Assembly: GCA_963786205.1 (NCBI GenBank)
Contig: CAWAYG010000005.1
Span: 1,082,826 to 1,146,825 of the forward strand
Direction of reading: 5' to 3'
DNA: 64,000 nt
DNA from: an uncultured Acidobacteriota bacterium
GTDB lineage: Bacteria; Acidobacteriota; Terriglobia; Acidiferrales; UBA7541
In this document: positions 9,337 to 19,020 of the stretch, in pieces
Position numbering within the stretch: position 1 is the stretch's first letter
Layout of the letters: the number at the start of each line of letters is the position of its first letter
Made by a program: the position numbers and the translations under genes
The notes under the pieces: generated by a model
The model's database searches: none
The model's input: only the letters and a program-made list of their open reading frames with translations
Told to the model about the DNA's origin: nothing

Positions 9337-10008
9337 TTGAGTCTGAATCTAAACCTGTTCACTGCTGCGCCGAGCAATTCCGAATCGGCCGGCTTCGCAA
9401 CACGTGCGGCCACGGATCTGCCGCAAGCTGCGCCAGGAAGCGTTGCATGCCCCAGCTGCGGCGGGGCTGTTCCGTCCACAGAGCTGCCGAGCGGGTGGCA
9501 GAGCTGTCCCTACTGCGACAAGCGACTGCGGATTCGGGTCTGGCCTGTTGCGCGGCAGAAAACGAATACAGTTTCCGCTATGCCGGAGCACGCGACATGT
9601 TTCTTTCACCCAGAGAAGGCATTTGAGGCTTGCTGCCAGAGGTGCGGCCGGTTTGTGTGCGCGCTGTGCGACTTGCAGCTCGGAGCGGAGCACGTTTGCC
9701 CCACGTGCTTCGAGCGCGGGCGCACCGATACTGGGCTGCAGGGCGGCGCAGCGGAATGGCGCCATCGTGACGTACTCTATGATTCAATCGCGCTGACGAT
9801 CGGGTGGGGCTGGATTTTGGTTTGGCCGTTCATTGTCGCTGCGCTCCCGGCGACGATCGTTTTGCACGTCAAGTTTCGGAAGGCGCCGCGTGCGTATTTG
9901 ATTCCGCGCTCGGGCTGGCGCTTCTGGGTGGCATACGTCGGGTTAGTCTGGCTGCCGTTGCTGATTGCCGGATCCATCTTCATGGCGCGGATGGCGGGGA
10001 GACACTGA
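9337..10008 (+). CDS. membrane protein with C4 zinc ribbon and B-box-type zinc finger
   Basis: 223 aa, TTG start 2 nt after the upstream stop. It has CPSC-x15-CPYC, then C-x2-H-x8-C-x2-C-x4-C-x2-C-x9-C-x2-C (CFFHPEKAFEACCQRCGRFVCALCDLQLGAEHVCPTC), then two hydrophobic helices. Exact start uncertain. Confidence 0.6.
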   Translation: MSLNLNLFTAAPSNSESAGFATRAATDLPQAAPGSVACPSCGGAVPSTELPSGWQSCPYCDKRLRIRVWPVARQKTNTVSAMPEHATCFFHPEKAFEACCQRCGRFVCALCDLQLGAEHVCPTCFERGRTDTGLQGGAAEWRHRDVLYDSIALTIGWGWILVWPFIVAALPATIVLHVKFRKAPRAYLIPRSGWRFWVAYVGLVWLPLLIAGSIFMARMAGRH

Positions 10009-10554
10009 TTGCCCACAGCATTCCGCAAAATATCGCGCATCGGCAGCCTGACGGGTGCGACGAAGTGGTATCTGAGCGAGGACTGTCTGCTAGCCGCCAA
10101 GCGCGTGATGTACGCGGTCGAGTACCGGCGGTTTTACTTGCGCGACCTGGAATCCATTGTGGTCTGGCACAGCCGCACGTGGCTATTGCGGCCGGCCATT
10201 CCCGGCGTGCTGCTGCTCGCGCTCGGTGCTGTGCTGTGGCAATCGGTGAATTTCACGGCTGGGGTGATTGCTGCGGGCGCGGGCCTGGCGTGGGCTGCCT
10301 TGGAACTGGCGCTCGGGCCGACGGCGCAGTCGCGCATTCAGACGACGGGAGCAAGCGTTGACATGCCGATCGTGAAGCGAACGCGTGGCGCCCGCAAGGT
10401 CCTCGCCAAGATTGATGCCGCAGTTCTCGCCACTCGGGGTGGCGCGATGGAGCAGCCGACCGCTGCCATAGACCAGCCCCGACTAGCCACGCCCGCCGGC
10501 CAAACAAAATCCGAATCAGCTCCCTCAGCCGCCCCCATCGGGGATGTAACGTAA
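10009..10554 (+). CDS. hypothetical membrane protein
   Basis: 181 aa. The TTG start directly abuts the upstream TGA. Two hydrophobic segments are visible (LLRPAIPGVLLLALGAVLW, VIAAGAGLAWAALELAL). No family recognised. Coding is supported mainly by its tight packing in the operon. Confidence 0.5.
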   Translation: MPTAFRKISRIGSLTGATKWYLSEDCLLAAKRVMYAVEYRRFYLRDLESIVVWHSRTWLLRPAIPGVLLLALGAVLWQSVNFTAGVIAAGAGLAWAALELALGPTAQSRIQTTGASVDMPIVKRTRGARKVLAKIDAAVLATRGGAMEQPTAAIDQPRLATPAGQTKSESAPSAAPIGDVT

Positions 10555-10558
10555 GCGA

Positions 10559-10936
10559 ATGGCTCCTGACACGCCAGCCGTGCCCTCTGCCGCACTCGCC
10601 GTGTTGCGCTTGCGCCATGCGCGCTGCTTGTTTCATCCGCTGCGTGAGGCGGCGGCGAGGTGCCCGCACTGCGGAGGAACGTTTTGCCGCGAATGCGTTA
10701 CCGACGAGGATGACAAGCTCGCCTGCCCGCCTTGCCTGCGCCGCATGACGCGTCCGCCCGCGCCGAAACCGTCACTGGCGCGCCAGTTCCGTCAGGTCCT
10801 GGCTGGATTTATAGCGCTCGCCTGTCTGATGACACTATTTTTTTCATTGCTCCAGTGGCGCGCGAATAGGCCCGAAATGCATCTGAACTTCGACGGCGCT
10901 ACCGATTCTCGCTTGCCCGGGCCAGCTCATGAGTGA
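10559..10936 (+). CDS. membrane-anchored B-box-type zinc finger protein
   Basis: 125 aa. CLFHPLREAAARCPHCGGTFCRECVTDEDDKLACPPC has the same Cys/His spacing as the finger in 9337-10008. One C-terminal TM helix follows (VLAGFIALACLMTLFFSLL). Confidence 0.6.
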   Translation: MAPDTPAVPSAALAVLRLRHARCLFHPLREAAARCPHCGGTFCRECVTDEDDKLACPPCLRRMTRPPAPKPSLARQFRQVLAGFIALACLMTLFFSLLQWRANRPEMHLNFDGATDSRLPGPAHE

Positions 10937-12689
10937 AGCGGCGGTGGCTACGCTCGCTCCGCAACGTGGACGCTCGATCGTTGCGCGTGCGCGCCGGAGC
11001 CGCCTTAGCGCGCTCGAAGCGCTGGAAGGCGGATTCGCGCTGTTTCGGTCTACATTCGGGCGCGAGGCGTGGCGTTATTATGCCGGCGCGGCGCCGCTCG
11101 CCATATGTTTCATTCCGACGTGGGTGGTTAACGCGCAGGTGCGCGTATCCAGCGGCGGACTGCTCATGGAGGCGCTGATACTTGCCGCGGCGTATCTGCT
11201 GCGCGTGTGGGCGGTCGCCCGCTACATGCAAGGCGTTCGTGAGCGCGCGTTCGGCGTGCCGATAGCGAAACGCGCGGATCGTGCCGCGAAGGCTGCGGCG
11301 TTGGGACGCCTGCTGGCGTGGAAAATCACTTTGAGCGCCGCTGCTTTGGTGACGCTGCCCACCGTCGCAGGCGCGTCGTGGCTCTACAGCGCTTGCCAAT
11401 TCGCAAGTCTCGAGGCTTCAGAGGACTCGGCTGAGCGACATTCCGTTCGCGGCTGCCTGGCGCTTGCGGGCGAATGGTTCGGCGGCGGGCTGCTACTATT
11501 TCTCATGCTTTTCCCTCTGTGGATTGCCGTGTGGCTGAACTGCTTGCTCCTGGCGATAGTCGTGCCGCAACTGCTGCACTCAATTTTTGGGGTAGATACC
11601 CTTTTGTCGACGCAAATGGGCGCCTACTCGCTAGGTAGCAGTTCCGCGTTCTGGCTTTCGCTTTTCGGGGGGGCGTGGCTGGCGCTCGATCCGGTCGTCA
11701 AGTGTACGTACGTGGTCGTTTATCAGCATTTGCGTTCGCGGCGCGAAGGAGACGACCTGCGCGGGTTACTCGCAAGCCTGCCAAGCCAGCAGAAAAAGAA
11801 AGCAGAGATGATTGGATCCGCCGGAGTTGGGCGCGGCGCGGGGCTCGGTTGGTTGGTCATCCTTGCCACGATTCTGCTTGGCCCTTCGCAAATAGCCGCG
11901 CGCTCTACGCAAGCGCCGCCAAGCCGCAGCATCGCAGAAACAGCCGCCGATCCAGCGCGCCAGGAGCGCGTGCAAGAATTGCGTCAAGCCCTTGATGCGG
12001 AATCGCAGCGCGCGATTTATCGCTGGCATGACACCGAGCATCCGAGCCCGCCCACTTGGTTCGACAAGGCGCTCGCCAGGATTGGACATGCCATCGAGAG
12101 TGTCTGGGACGCGTTCTTGAATTTCCTGAAGAAACTTTGGCCACGCGGGTTGGATTTCTCGCCGGGGGCGAATGGTGGATGGCGGCTGAAAGACCTCCGC
12201 TTTTGGCTGGCGCTGGTGGTGGCGTTGACCTTGGCGGTGGGAGCGATGCTATTTTGGCTTCGGCGACGCCGCGATGCGCCCCAGATCTCCATTCCCGTCG
12301 CGGCAGCAGCGCTGTCCGACCTGCACGACGCGGCGGTTGCTAGCGAACGTTCGGAGGACGAATGGTTTGCGCTGGCAAACCGGTTGGAGGGCGAGGGCAA
12401 ATTGCGGCTGGCACTGCGTGCGGCGTACCTGGGCTTGCTCGCCGGATTGGCGCAACGCGCATGGCTGACGATTCGGCGCGATCGCACGAATCGCGAATAC
12501 CTCGATGAGTTTACGCGGCGGTGGCGGCGGCGTCCGCAAGCGGCGGTCGAGGCGCGTGCGGAAATTCCTGAGAAAGTGCGCGGTAGCCTGCGGCAGTTCG
12601 ATCGCGTGTGGTATGGATCTCATGCGCTGACGCCAGCTTCGGTCGCGTCGTACTGCCAAGATCAGCGTGAGTTGCTCACCCATGTCTGA
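10929..12689 (+). CDS. polytopic membrane protein with C-terminal DUF4129 domain
   Basis: 586 aa with many hydrophobic segments in the N-terminal half. The C-terminus (EWFALANRLEGEGKLRLALRAAYLGLLAGLAQRAWLTIRRDRTNREYLDEF) matches the DUF4129 pattern. The start overlaps the upstream stop (ATGAGTGA). Confidence 0.7.
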   Translation: MSEAAVATLAPQRGRSIVARARRSRLSALEALEGGFALFRSTFGREAWRYYAGAAPLAICFIPTWVVNAQVRVSSGGLLMEALILAAAYLLRVWAVARYMQGVRERAFGVPIAKRADRAAKAAALGRLLAWKITLSAAALVTLPTVAGASWLYSACQFASLEASEDSAERHSVRGCLALAGEWFGGGLLLFLMLFPLWIAVWLNCLLLAIVVPQLLHSIFGVDTLLSTQMGAYSLGSSSAFWLSLFGGAWLALDPVVKCTYVVVYQHLRSRREGDDLRGLLASLPSQQKKKAEMIGSAGVGRGAGLGWLVILATILLGPSQIAARSTQAPPSRSIAETAADPARQERVQELRQALDAESQRAIYRWHDTEHPSPPTWFDKALARIGHAIESVWDAFLNFLKKLWPRGLDFSPGANGGWRLKDLRFWLALVVALTLAVGAMLFWLRRRRDAPQISIPVAAAALSDLHDAAVASERSEDEWFALANRLEGEGKLRLALRAAYLGLLAGLAQRAWLTIRRDRTNREYLDEFTRRWRRRPQAAVEARAEIPEKVRGSLRQFDRVWYGSHALTPASVASYCQDQRELLTHV

Positions 12690-13953
12690 GAATAATTCTA
12701 GCGAAAGCACGGGGCTCAACTGGCGAGGTCCGCTGCTGGCTGCTGCGATTTTCGCGGCTGTATTCGCCGTTCTGTTGCTCATGGCGCATCAGAATCAGGC
12801 GAATACGAGTGACATGGGATCCAGCCTCCGGCAGGACCCTTACGGCACCAGCCTGCTATTCGACGCCTATGAGCGCGCTGGGTACCATGTCGATCGCAGC
12901 CAGGATCAGGACGCGCTCGCCGATCAGAACGCGTCGCGGACGACTGCGTTCTTTATCGGTGGCTATCCCTCTGGCGATTGGGAAATGGAAAATGGAAAGC
13001 CTCGCACCGGACCGAAATTTCTGGGGCGACTGGAGAATTTTCTAGCCCGCGGCGGGCGCGTCGTCTTGGTCCAGCCTGCTTGGAGACTAAGCTCCGAGTC
13101 TCAAGGCTGGGAAGTGGAGAACAAGTGGATCCAAGGACAACAGGTGTCGGATCCAGCCTGGGTCTCTCCCGATCTCCGCGTCATGCCGGCTGGCAGCGAG
13201 AGCATGTATCTCACCGCTAGGGCCCCGTGGCTGAAAACCGACGCCCACTGGACAACGCTCTATGGGGCGCCGGTGGACCCCGGTGCCAACGCTGACTCCT
13301 CTGCGCGTGTTTATCTTGCAATGCTGCGAGTCGGGAAAGGCGAACTGGTCGCGGCGAGCCAGGAATCCTTCTTGCTGAACGAAGCGATCAAGATGCGTCC
13401 GAATCCGGTGCTGCTGGATTTTCTCGCGGGCGGACGGCCGGTGATTTGGGTAGATGAAACACTGCACGGATTGCACCAGGATCAGGGCGCGCTCTGGCTG
13501 GTGCAGCGCTATCGGCTGCAAGCGGCGCTACTGCTTTTCTGGGCCGCTTTGCTAACACTGCTCTGGAGTCTGAGTGGCGATTTGGTGCGGCGTCCGCCGC
13601 GCGACTGGAGGGCGGAGGTCGTCCGCAATGGCGAGAGCGCTGGCGTGGCCGGGCAACGCCTGCTGCAACGGAGTATTTCGACCGAGCGGGCTGTGGCGGA
13701 ATGTTGGGAGCAGTTCAACCGTCGCTCGCCACAGGATGCGAAGGTCATCAGCACCGACCCTCGTTGGGGCTCTCGACTGCGCGCTGCGCTCGCGAAGGCC
13801 CCTTTGCCGGGGTACAAGGAATTGACGGAACTGATCGGCGAACGGCGCGCGACTGCGAAGGGCCTGCGACACCTGGCTCAAGCTGACAGTGGACGGTCGG
13901 ATAGAGATTCCGTTTCGCCGAAGACGACTCCCGAGGAGGCACGAATCGCATGA
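12682..13953 (+). CDS. DUF4350-like protein with N-terminal membrane anchor
   Basis: The ATG at 12682 overlaps the upstream stop (ATGTCTGA). An N-terminal TM helix ([16 protein letters not shown]) is followed by [19 protein letters not shown], typical of DUF4350, and there is a late TM helix ([17 protein letters not shown]). The family call rests partly on its conserved position next to MoxR/DUF58. Confidence 0.6.
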   Translation: MSENNSSESTGLNWRGPLLAAAIFAAVFAVLLLMAHQNQANTSDMGSSLRQDPYGTSLLFDAYERAGYHVDRSQDQDALADQNASRTTAFFIGGYPSGDWEMENGKPRTGPKFLGRLENFLARGGRVVLVQPAWRLSSESQGWEVENKWIQGQQVSDPAWVSPDLRVMPAGSESMYLTARAPWLKTDAHWTTLYGAPVDPGANADSSARVYLAMLRVGKGELVAASQESFLLNEAIKMRPNPVLLDFLAGGRPVIWVDETLHGLHQDQGALWLVQRYRLQAALLLFWAALLTLLWSLSGDLVRRPPRDWRAEVVRNGESAGVAGQRLLQRSISTERAVAECWEQFNRRSPQDAKVISTDPRWGSRLRAALAKAPLPGYKELTELIGERRATAKGLRHLAQADSGRSDRDSVSPKTTPEEARIA

Positions 13954-14978
13954 ACGAGGAACCCGTACTGGATTCAGACTTGCCGGCGCGGTCCGCGAGC
14001 GCGGAAACGCAACCGCAGGCCGCGCTCGCAACGGTCACCAGCGGCGCGCGGCGCGTCAGAGAGAAGCTGGGCCGCGTGATTGTCGGCCAAGACGAAGCGA
14101 TTGATCTAGCGCTGGTGACGCTGCTCGCTGGCGGTCATGCGTTGATCGAAGGCGTTCCCGGAGTGGGGAAAACGCTGCTGGCGAAGGCGCTGGCGCGCGC
14201 GGTAGGCGGCGAATTTCAGCGCATTCAGTTCACGCCAGACCTGATGCCCGCAGATATCACCGGGACGAGCGTCTTCGACCTGAAGACGCAAGAATTCCGC
14301 TTGGTGCGCGGGCCCATATTCACGAACTTCTTATTAGGAGACGAAATCAATCGCGCACCGGCGAAAACGCAATCGGCTCTGCTGGAAGCCATGCAAGAGC
14401 GGCAGGTGACGATCGATCGCGCGAGCTACGCGCTGCCGCCGGTATTCGTCGTTTTCGCAACGCAAAACCCGATCGAGCATCAGGGCACGTATCCGCTTCC
14501 AGAGGCGCAGAAGGACCGCTTTCTCGTAAAAATTCGCATGGGCTATCCGGCGGTGGAAGACGAAAACGAGCTGGCGCGGCTGGTGGCGGCAGGCGAAGCG
14601 CCGGAGCGCCGTCTGACGGAGGAACTGCGCGCGCCAGTTTTGCGGCCGGGCGAACTGGATCAGTTGCGCGCGACGACGGCGCGTGTGCGAGTCAGCGAGG
14701 CCGTAAGCACCTACATAGTCAGTTTGGTTCGGCAGATACGGCAGCACGCGGCGGTATGGGTTGGCGCCGGGCCGCGGGCGACGCTCGCGCTGTTGTCGGC
14801 GTCGCGGGCGCTCGCGGCGCTGGAGGAGCGCGATTTCGTGCTGCCCGAGGACGTAAAGACGCTGGCTGCGCCCGTGCTAGAGCATCGCATGCTGCTGCGG
14901 CCGGAGTTCGAGATGGAAGGTGTCGAGCGGCGTGAAGTCATCAACGCAGTGCTGGAGGCCGTTGAAGTGCCGCGGTAG
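13950..14978 (+). CDS. MoxR family AAA+ ATPase
   Basis: 342 aa with Walker A GVPGVGKT and Walker [32 protein letters not shown] is typical of the MoxR/AAA_3 subfamily. ATGA overlap with the upstream gene. Confidence 0.9.
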   Translation: MNEEPVLDSDLPARSASAETQPQAALATVTSGARRVREKLGRVIVGQDEAIDLALVTLLAGGHALIEGVPGVGKTLLAKALARAVGGEFQRIQFTPDLMPADITGTSVFDLKTQEFRLVRGPIFTNFLLGDEINRAPAKTQSALLEAMQERQVTIDRASYALPPVFVVFATQNPIEHQGTYPLPEAQKDRFLVKIRMGYPAVEDENELARLVAAGEAPERRLTEELRAPVLRPGELDQLRATTARVRVSEAVSTYIVSLVRQIRQHAAVWVGAGPRATLALLSASRALAALEERDFVLPEDVKTLAAPVLEHRMLLRPEFEMEGVERREVINAVLEAVEVPR

Positions 14979-15027
14979 GCAGCGAGCCGCGTAGCCGATG
15001 CGGACACGGTAAAGAGGCAAGCGAATC

Positions 15028-16617
15028 ATGACGGCGATGAATGAGAACTCAAGCGACGTTGCTGTGCCGGGCGCGGCAGCTATGGTCGCGGTGATCGAAT
15101 CGACAGCGAAGCCGACGAGCCACGCTCTACAATCGCGCGACAATTCGGTTGAGCGGATCGCATTTCAGCCGTCGCGAACGCTGTTGAGCCCGGCGGCAGC
15201 ATTGCCGTGGTTGCTAGGATCGCTGGGCGTCGCCGCGTGCATCGCACCATGGCTGACGCGCGGATGGCAGTGGCTCGATCTGATTGCCGCCACCGTGATT
15301 CTGGCGGGGTGTTACGACGCATTTGCGCTCTGGTTTGCGCGCAAAGAATTCGTGCCCGTCCTGCTGTCGTCGAAGGAAGGACTTCGCGGACGCGAAGGGC
15401 AGAGCATCCAGATTCCGCTTGCGCTTGCAGGCTCTGGACGGCGCCCATCGCGCAGCGAAGTTCGGCTTGCAATCATGACCGCCACGCGAGAGAGCGAGAC
15501 CGCCATATCGGTAAATAGCGGTCCTCAACGTGTGAGGCTTGAGCGCTCGGAACCAGCCGAGGGACGATCGGGCTCAGCCAGCAACGCGCTCGTCCACCTC
15601 TGGCCTTGGACCCCGCAGGTCGCGTTGCTGCGGCGCGGCCTGTGGCCTGCGCCGCGCGTCGGAATCGAGCGGCTCTCGCGCTTCGGGATTTGGCGCTTGC
15701 GTCAATGGTTCGATTCACCGGCGCTGTTGCGGATCGATGCAGATTTGCGGCCTGGGCGGCGCGCAATCTTGCGCAGCCCCGTTTACCGCGCGCTGGCGGC
15801 GGCGCGGCAGTTTCCTTGGATCGGGCACGGGCGCGAGTTCGAGCGCTTGCGCGAATATCAAGCGGGCGACAACTACGCCGAAATCGCGTGGAAATCCACG
15901 GCGCGACGCGGCGTTCCAGTTACACGGCTGTTCCAGTGGGAGCAGAAGCAGGAAGTATATTTCGTGGTCGACCAATCGCGCGCTTTGGCGTTGCCTATCG
16001 ATCCGGCATTGGAAAGCGACGCCAACATCCCGCAGGCACAAGCGCCGAGGCGGCTGCTGGATCTAGCCGTCGAAACAGCGCTGGTGGGCGCGACCGTTGC
16101 CTTGGAATTGGGCGACGAATTCGGACTTGTAACCTACGCGGACGAACCGAAAACCTGGTTGCGGGCGGGAAGCGGCCAATTCCAATTTCGCCAATTCCGC
16201 GAGCGGCTTCTGAATTTGGAACCTCTGCCGACGACCGCGGATTACGAGGCGCTTTTTAGCAAAATTCGGCTGCAGCTGCGGCGGCGCGCTTACCTGGTGC
16301 TGCTGGCCGACTTGGCGGAGCGCTCGATTTCAGATTCGATGCGACGCGGAGTCGCGCTGCTCCACACCTCGCACGTCGTTTTGATGACGAGTGTTCTGCC
16401 CGCTCACGCGCGCCCGGCATTTTCACCAGGGGAGCAGCCTCGGACCGATCAGGATGTGTACGCGGCGCTGGCGGGAGAAAAGGAAAACCAGCGCCTGGCA
16501 GCGCTCGCACGTCAATTGCGCCAATTGGGCGCGGAATTGCGTTTTGTCCCGCCCGAGAATTTTCTGCGAACGGCCGTGGAAGGTTACCTCGAAAGCAAGC
16601 GGGAGCAACGGGTGTGA
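15028..16617 (+). CDS. DUF58 domain protein (MoxR partner, VWA-like fold)
   Basis: 529 aa with two N-terminal hydrophobic segments. It carries the DUF58 signature REYQAGDNYAEIAWKSTARRGVPVTRLFQWEQ. Confidence 0.85.
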   Translation: MTAMNENSSDVAVPGAAAMVAVIESTAKPTSHALQSRDNSVERIAFQPSRTLLSPAAALPWLLGSLGVAACIAPWLTRGWQWLDLIAATVILAGCYDAFALWFARKEFVPVLLSSKEGLRGREGQSIQIPLALAGSGRRPSRSEVRLAIMTATRESETAISVNSGPQRVRLERSEPAEGRSGSASNALVHLWPWTPQVALLRRGLWPAPRVGIERLSRFGIWRLRQWFDSPALLRIDADLRPGRRAILRSPVYRALAAARQFPWIGHGREFERLREYQAGDNYAEIAWKSTARRGVPVTRLFQWEQKQEVYFVVDQSRALALPIDPALESDANIPQAQAPRRLLDLAVETALVGATVALELGDEFGLVTYADEPKTWLRAGSGQFQFRQFRERLLNLEPLPTTADYEALFSKIRLQLRRRAYLVLLADLAERSISDSMRRGVALLHTSHVVLMTSVLPAHARPAFSPGEQPRTDQDVYAALAGEKENQRLAALARQLRQLGAELRFVPPENFLRTAVEGYLESKREQRV

Positions 16618-17645
16618 TTCTCGACCTCCAACGGTTTCAGGCGCAAGAGCAGCCGCGCTGGGACAAACTCGAATGGCTGCTCGCCCAGCTGGAAAGCCGG
16701 CCGGATCGGCGTCTGAAACCCGGCGAAGCCGAACTGCTGCAAGAGCTCTACGCCCAAACTGCCGCGGATTTGAATCGCGTCATACACGGCGCGTTGGCAC
16801 CCGACTTAAGGCAATATCTCGAACGGCTGGTGGCGCGGGCTTACGCGGATATTTACTACGCTCAACCGACACGCTCCGAACTCTGGCAGCCCCGCCGCTG
16901 GCTGCGGATTTTCACGGCATTTCCGGAGGCCTTCCGGCGGCAGTCCCGCTATTTCGCGCTCGCCGTCCTGATCACTATTTTGGGCTGTGCTTTCGGAGGC
17001 TTGGCGGTGCGCTACGACCCAGCGTCCGTGGATGTGCTGCTTCCCGCCGATTACCTGCGCAATCCGAGTCTACGCGTGCAGCAAGAGGAGAAAGGGCAGA
17101 ACCGGCATCTGGACTCTGCGCAGACGGAGGCGCAATTCTCAGCGCAACTGATCACACACAATATTCAGGTCGCGCTGCTGGCGGCGGCGCTTGGCGTAAC
17201 GTTTGGCATTGGGACGGCGTTACTGCTTTTCGAAAATGGCTTGCTGCTCGGCGCCGTGGCGGTTCGTTACACGCAGCAAGGCTTCGGATTATTCGTTACG
17301 GCATGGCTGCTGCCGCATGGCGCGTTCGAGATCCCGTCCATCCTGATTGCTGGGCAAGCTGGATTCTATCTGGCGCGCTTGCTGCTGCGGCGGCGCGAGG
17401 ACCGCAACGTGCGTCAATCCATGCGCGAATGGTTGCTGCTGATCGCGGGGCTGGCGATGATGCTGGTCTGGGCCGGAACTATGGAGGCGTTTTTTTCGCA
17501 GCATCAGGCTCCGGTGTTGCCGTATGGGTTCAAGGTCGCGGTTGGCGCGGCGGAGCTGGTGCTCCTGACCATCTATCTGCTGCTGATTGGGCGAAGCGAC
17601 ACCGGCGCGGTTGCACCCGCGAGCCTGCCAGCGGAGAGTAAATGA
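16614..17645 (+). CDS. SpoIIM-like (stage II sporulation protein M family, formerly DUF95) membrane protein
   Basis: 343 aa, GTGA overlap with DUF58. Soluble N-terminal part, then about six TM helices. LLPHGAFEIPSILIAGQAG is characteristic of the family. Confidence 0.75.
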   Translation: MILDLQRFQAQEQPRWDKLEWLLAQLESRPDRRLKPGEAELLQELYAQTAADLNRVIHGALAPDLRQYLERLVARAYADIYYAQPTRSELWQPRRWLRIFTAFPEAFRRQSRYFALAVLITILGCAFGGLAVRYDPASVDVLLPADYLRNPSLRVQQEEKGQNRHLDSAQTEAQFSAQLITHNIQVALLAAALGVTFGIGTALLLFENGLLLGAVAVRYTQQGFGLFVTAWLLPHGAFEIPSILIAGQAGFYLARLLLRRREDRNVRQSMREWLLLIAGLAMMLVWAGTMEAFFSQHQAPVLPYGFKVAVGAAELVLLTIYLLLIGRSDTGAVAPASLPAESK

Positions 17646-18436
17646 AGAATTCTCAGCCAAACCGTTTGCCCACGATTGCCGAACTGACAATCGCGACTCC
17701 AGAAGGCGTGCTCTTTCGATTGCCGCTGGCCGGTCCCGCGGCGCGGCTTTACGCGATGCTGCTCGATATCGCAATCGTGCTGGCGGGGATAAACGGGCTC
17801 GGTTACCTGGTTTACTTGATTCTTGCGAAAGCACCCGGATTCGCGGCGATGACCATCACGCTCGCGGAATTCGCCATCGGGTTTGCCTATGGCGCATTGC
17901 TGGAAGGATTTTGGAATGGCCAGACAATCGGGAAACGCCTGTTCCACTTACGTGTAATTGACCAGTCAGGGCTTCCGCTACGGATCGAACAGGCGTGGGT
18001 ACGCAATCTGATGCGCACGGTTGATGCGTTGCCGCTGGCGTACCTGGTCGGAGGGGTTTCCGCGCTGAGCAGCCCGATTATGCAGCGTTTCGGCGACCGC
18101 GTGGCTGGAACCCTGGTTGTCCGCGAAACCCCTCTAGCTGCTCCGGCGGAGGAAGCCTCGAGCCGTCAGAAGTACAACTCCTTCACGGACTATCCTGTGA
18201 TTGCCATGCGTCTGCGCCGAGCAGCGACGCCGGAGCTAGCCGGTCTCATCCAGGATGCGTTACGCCGCCGCAACGAGCTGGCACCCTACGCGCGGCGGGA
18301 AATTTATCGCGAGCTGGCGACCTACCTACAGAGCGAGATCGCTCCATTTCCCGACGAACTGGTTGAGATGCTAAGCGACGAGCAGTATTTGACGAATGCG
18401 GCCGGCGTGCTCCTCGCCAGTCAACGTGCCTGGTAG
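17642..18436 (+). CDS. RDD family membrane protein
   Basis: 264 aa, ATGA overlap with the upstream gene. RDD-type core ARLYAMLLDIAIVLAG ... GQTIGKRLFHLRVIDQSG ... RFGDRVAGTLVV, with a soluble C-terminal extension. Confidence 0.8.
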   Translation: MKNSQPNRLPTIAELTIATPEGVLFRLPLAGPAARLYAMLLDIAIVLAGINGLGYLVYLILAKAPGFAAMTITLAEFAIGFAYGALLEGFWNGQTIGKRLFHLRVIDQSGLPLRIEQAWVRNLMRTVDALPLAYLVGGVSALSSPIMQRFGDRVAGTLVVRETPLAAPAEEASSRQKYNSFTDYPVIAMRLRRAATPELAGLIQDALRRRNELAPYARREIYRELATYLQSEIAPFPDELVEMLSDEQYLTNAAGVLLASQRAW

Positions 18437-18590
18437 GTGGTGGCACCCCTCCGTGGTAGAGACCCTGCGAGACTCGGCAAGTCTCGTATCGCAACCTGAA
18501 TGGTCGAGGAAGGCGCCGCAAATGGCCGCGGCTCACTCCTGTTCAGTACGCTGAAGAGCACATCGCGCGGATCTTGTAGGAAACACAAAT

Positions 18591-18899
18591 TCAAGCAATC
18601 CCGCGCGCCGCTCCCACCCTCATCGGACAAAACTCAAAAGTATTCATCCCTGCCCTGATCGAAGGGTCCTCTTCGCCAAACTTCTGCACGTCCGCGGCAT
18701 CATTCATCTCCAGCACCGCGATTCCGAAAGCTCCGCCGCTCGCCATCACCGGCCCGTAAATCAAAATCTTCCCCGCGTCGAACGCCTCGCGGGTATATGC
18801 CACATGCTGCTGCATCAGCGCCCTCTCTTCGGCGGTCATATCCGCGCCAAACGTAGGCCGCGGCGGGATCAGTTTAAAGTAGAAATGTTGTTTGCTCAT
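18591..18899 (-). CDS. YciI family protein
   Basis: Starting from MSKQHFYFKLIPPRPTF gives a 102-aa protein of the size and pattern of the YciI-like fold (ERALMQQHVAYTREAFDAGKILIYGPV). I prefer this ATG over the ORF-track start at 18941. Confidence 0.75.
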   Translation of the reverse strand: MSKQHFYFKLIPPRPTFGADMTAEERALMQQHVAYTREAFDAGKILIYGPVMASGGAFGIAVLEMNDAADVQKFGEEDPSIRAGMNTFEFCPMRVGAARGIA

Positions 18900-19020
18900 C
18901 GAGTGGTGTTGCCCCTTGTTACCGCGCGAGATTTTCCACAACCGTGCATGAACGCGAACGCGAAGGCCGCGAAATCATACAGCCGTTCCACCGCAAAATC
19001 CCATAAGGATTTTCCAAATC

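Noticed and set aside
16391-17641. 416-aa + strand ORF in an alternative frame
   Set aside because: It overlaps the DUF58 3' end and the whole SpoIIM-like gene in another frame. The product is Arg/Ala-rich, while the chosen frames give recognisable family motifs and clean ATGA/GTGA coupling.
18468-18486. Hairpin CGAGACT-CGGCA-AGTCTCG after the ten-gene operon as a terminator
   Set aside because: The 7-bp stem is real but is not followed by a T-tract (TATCGC). It is too weak to call an intrinsic terminator without transcript data.
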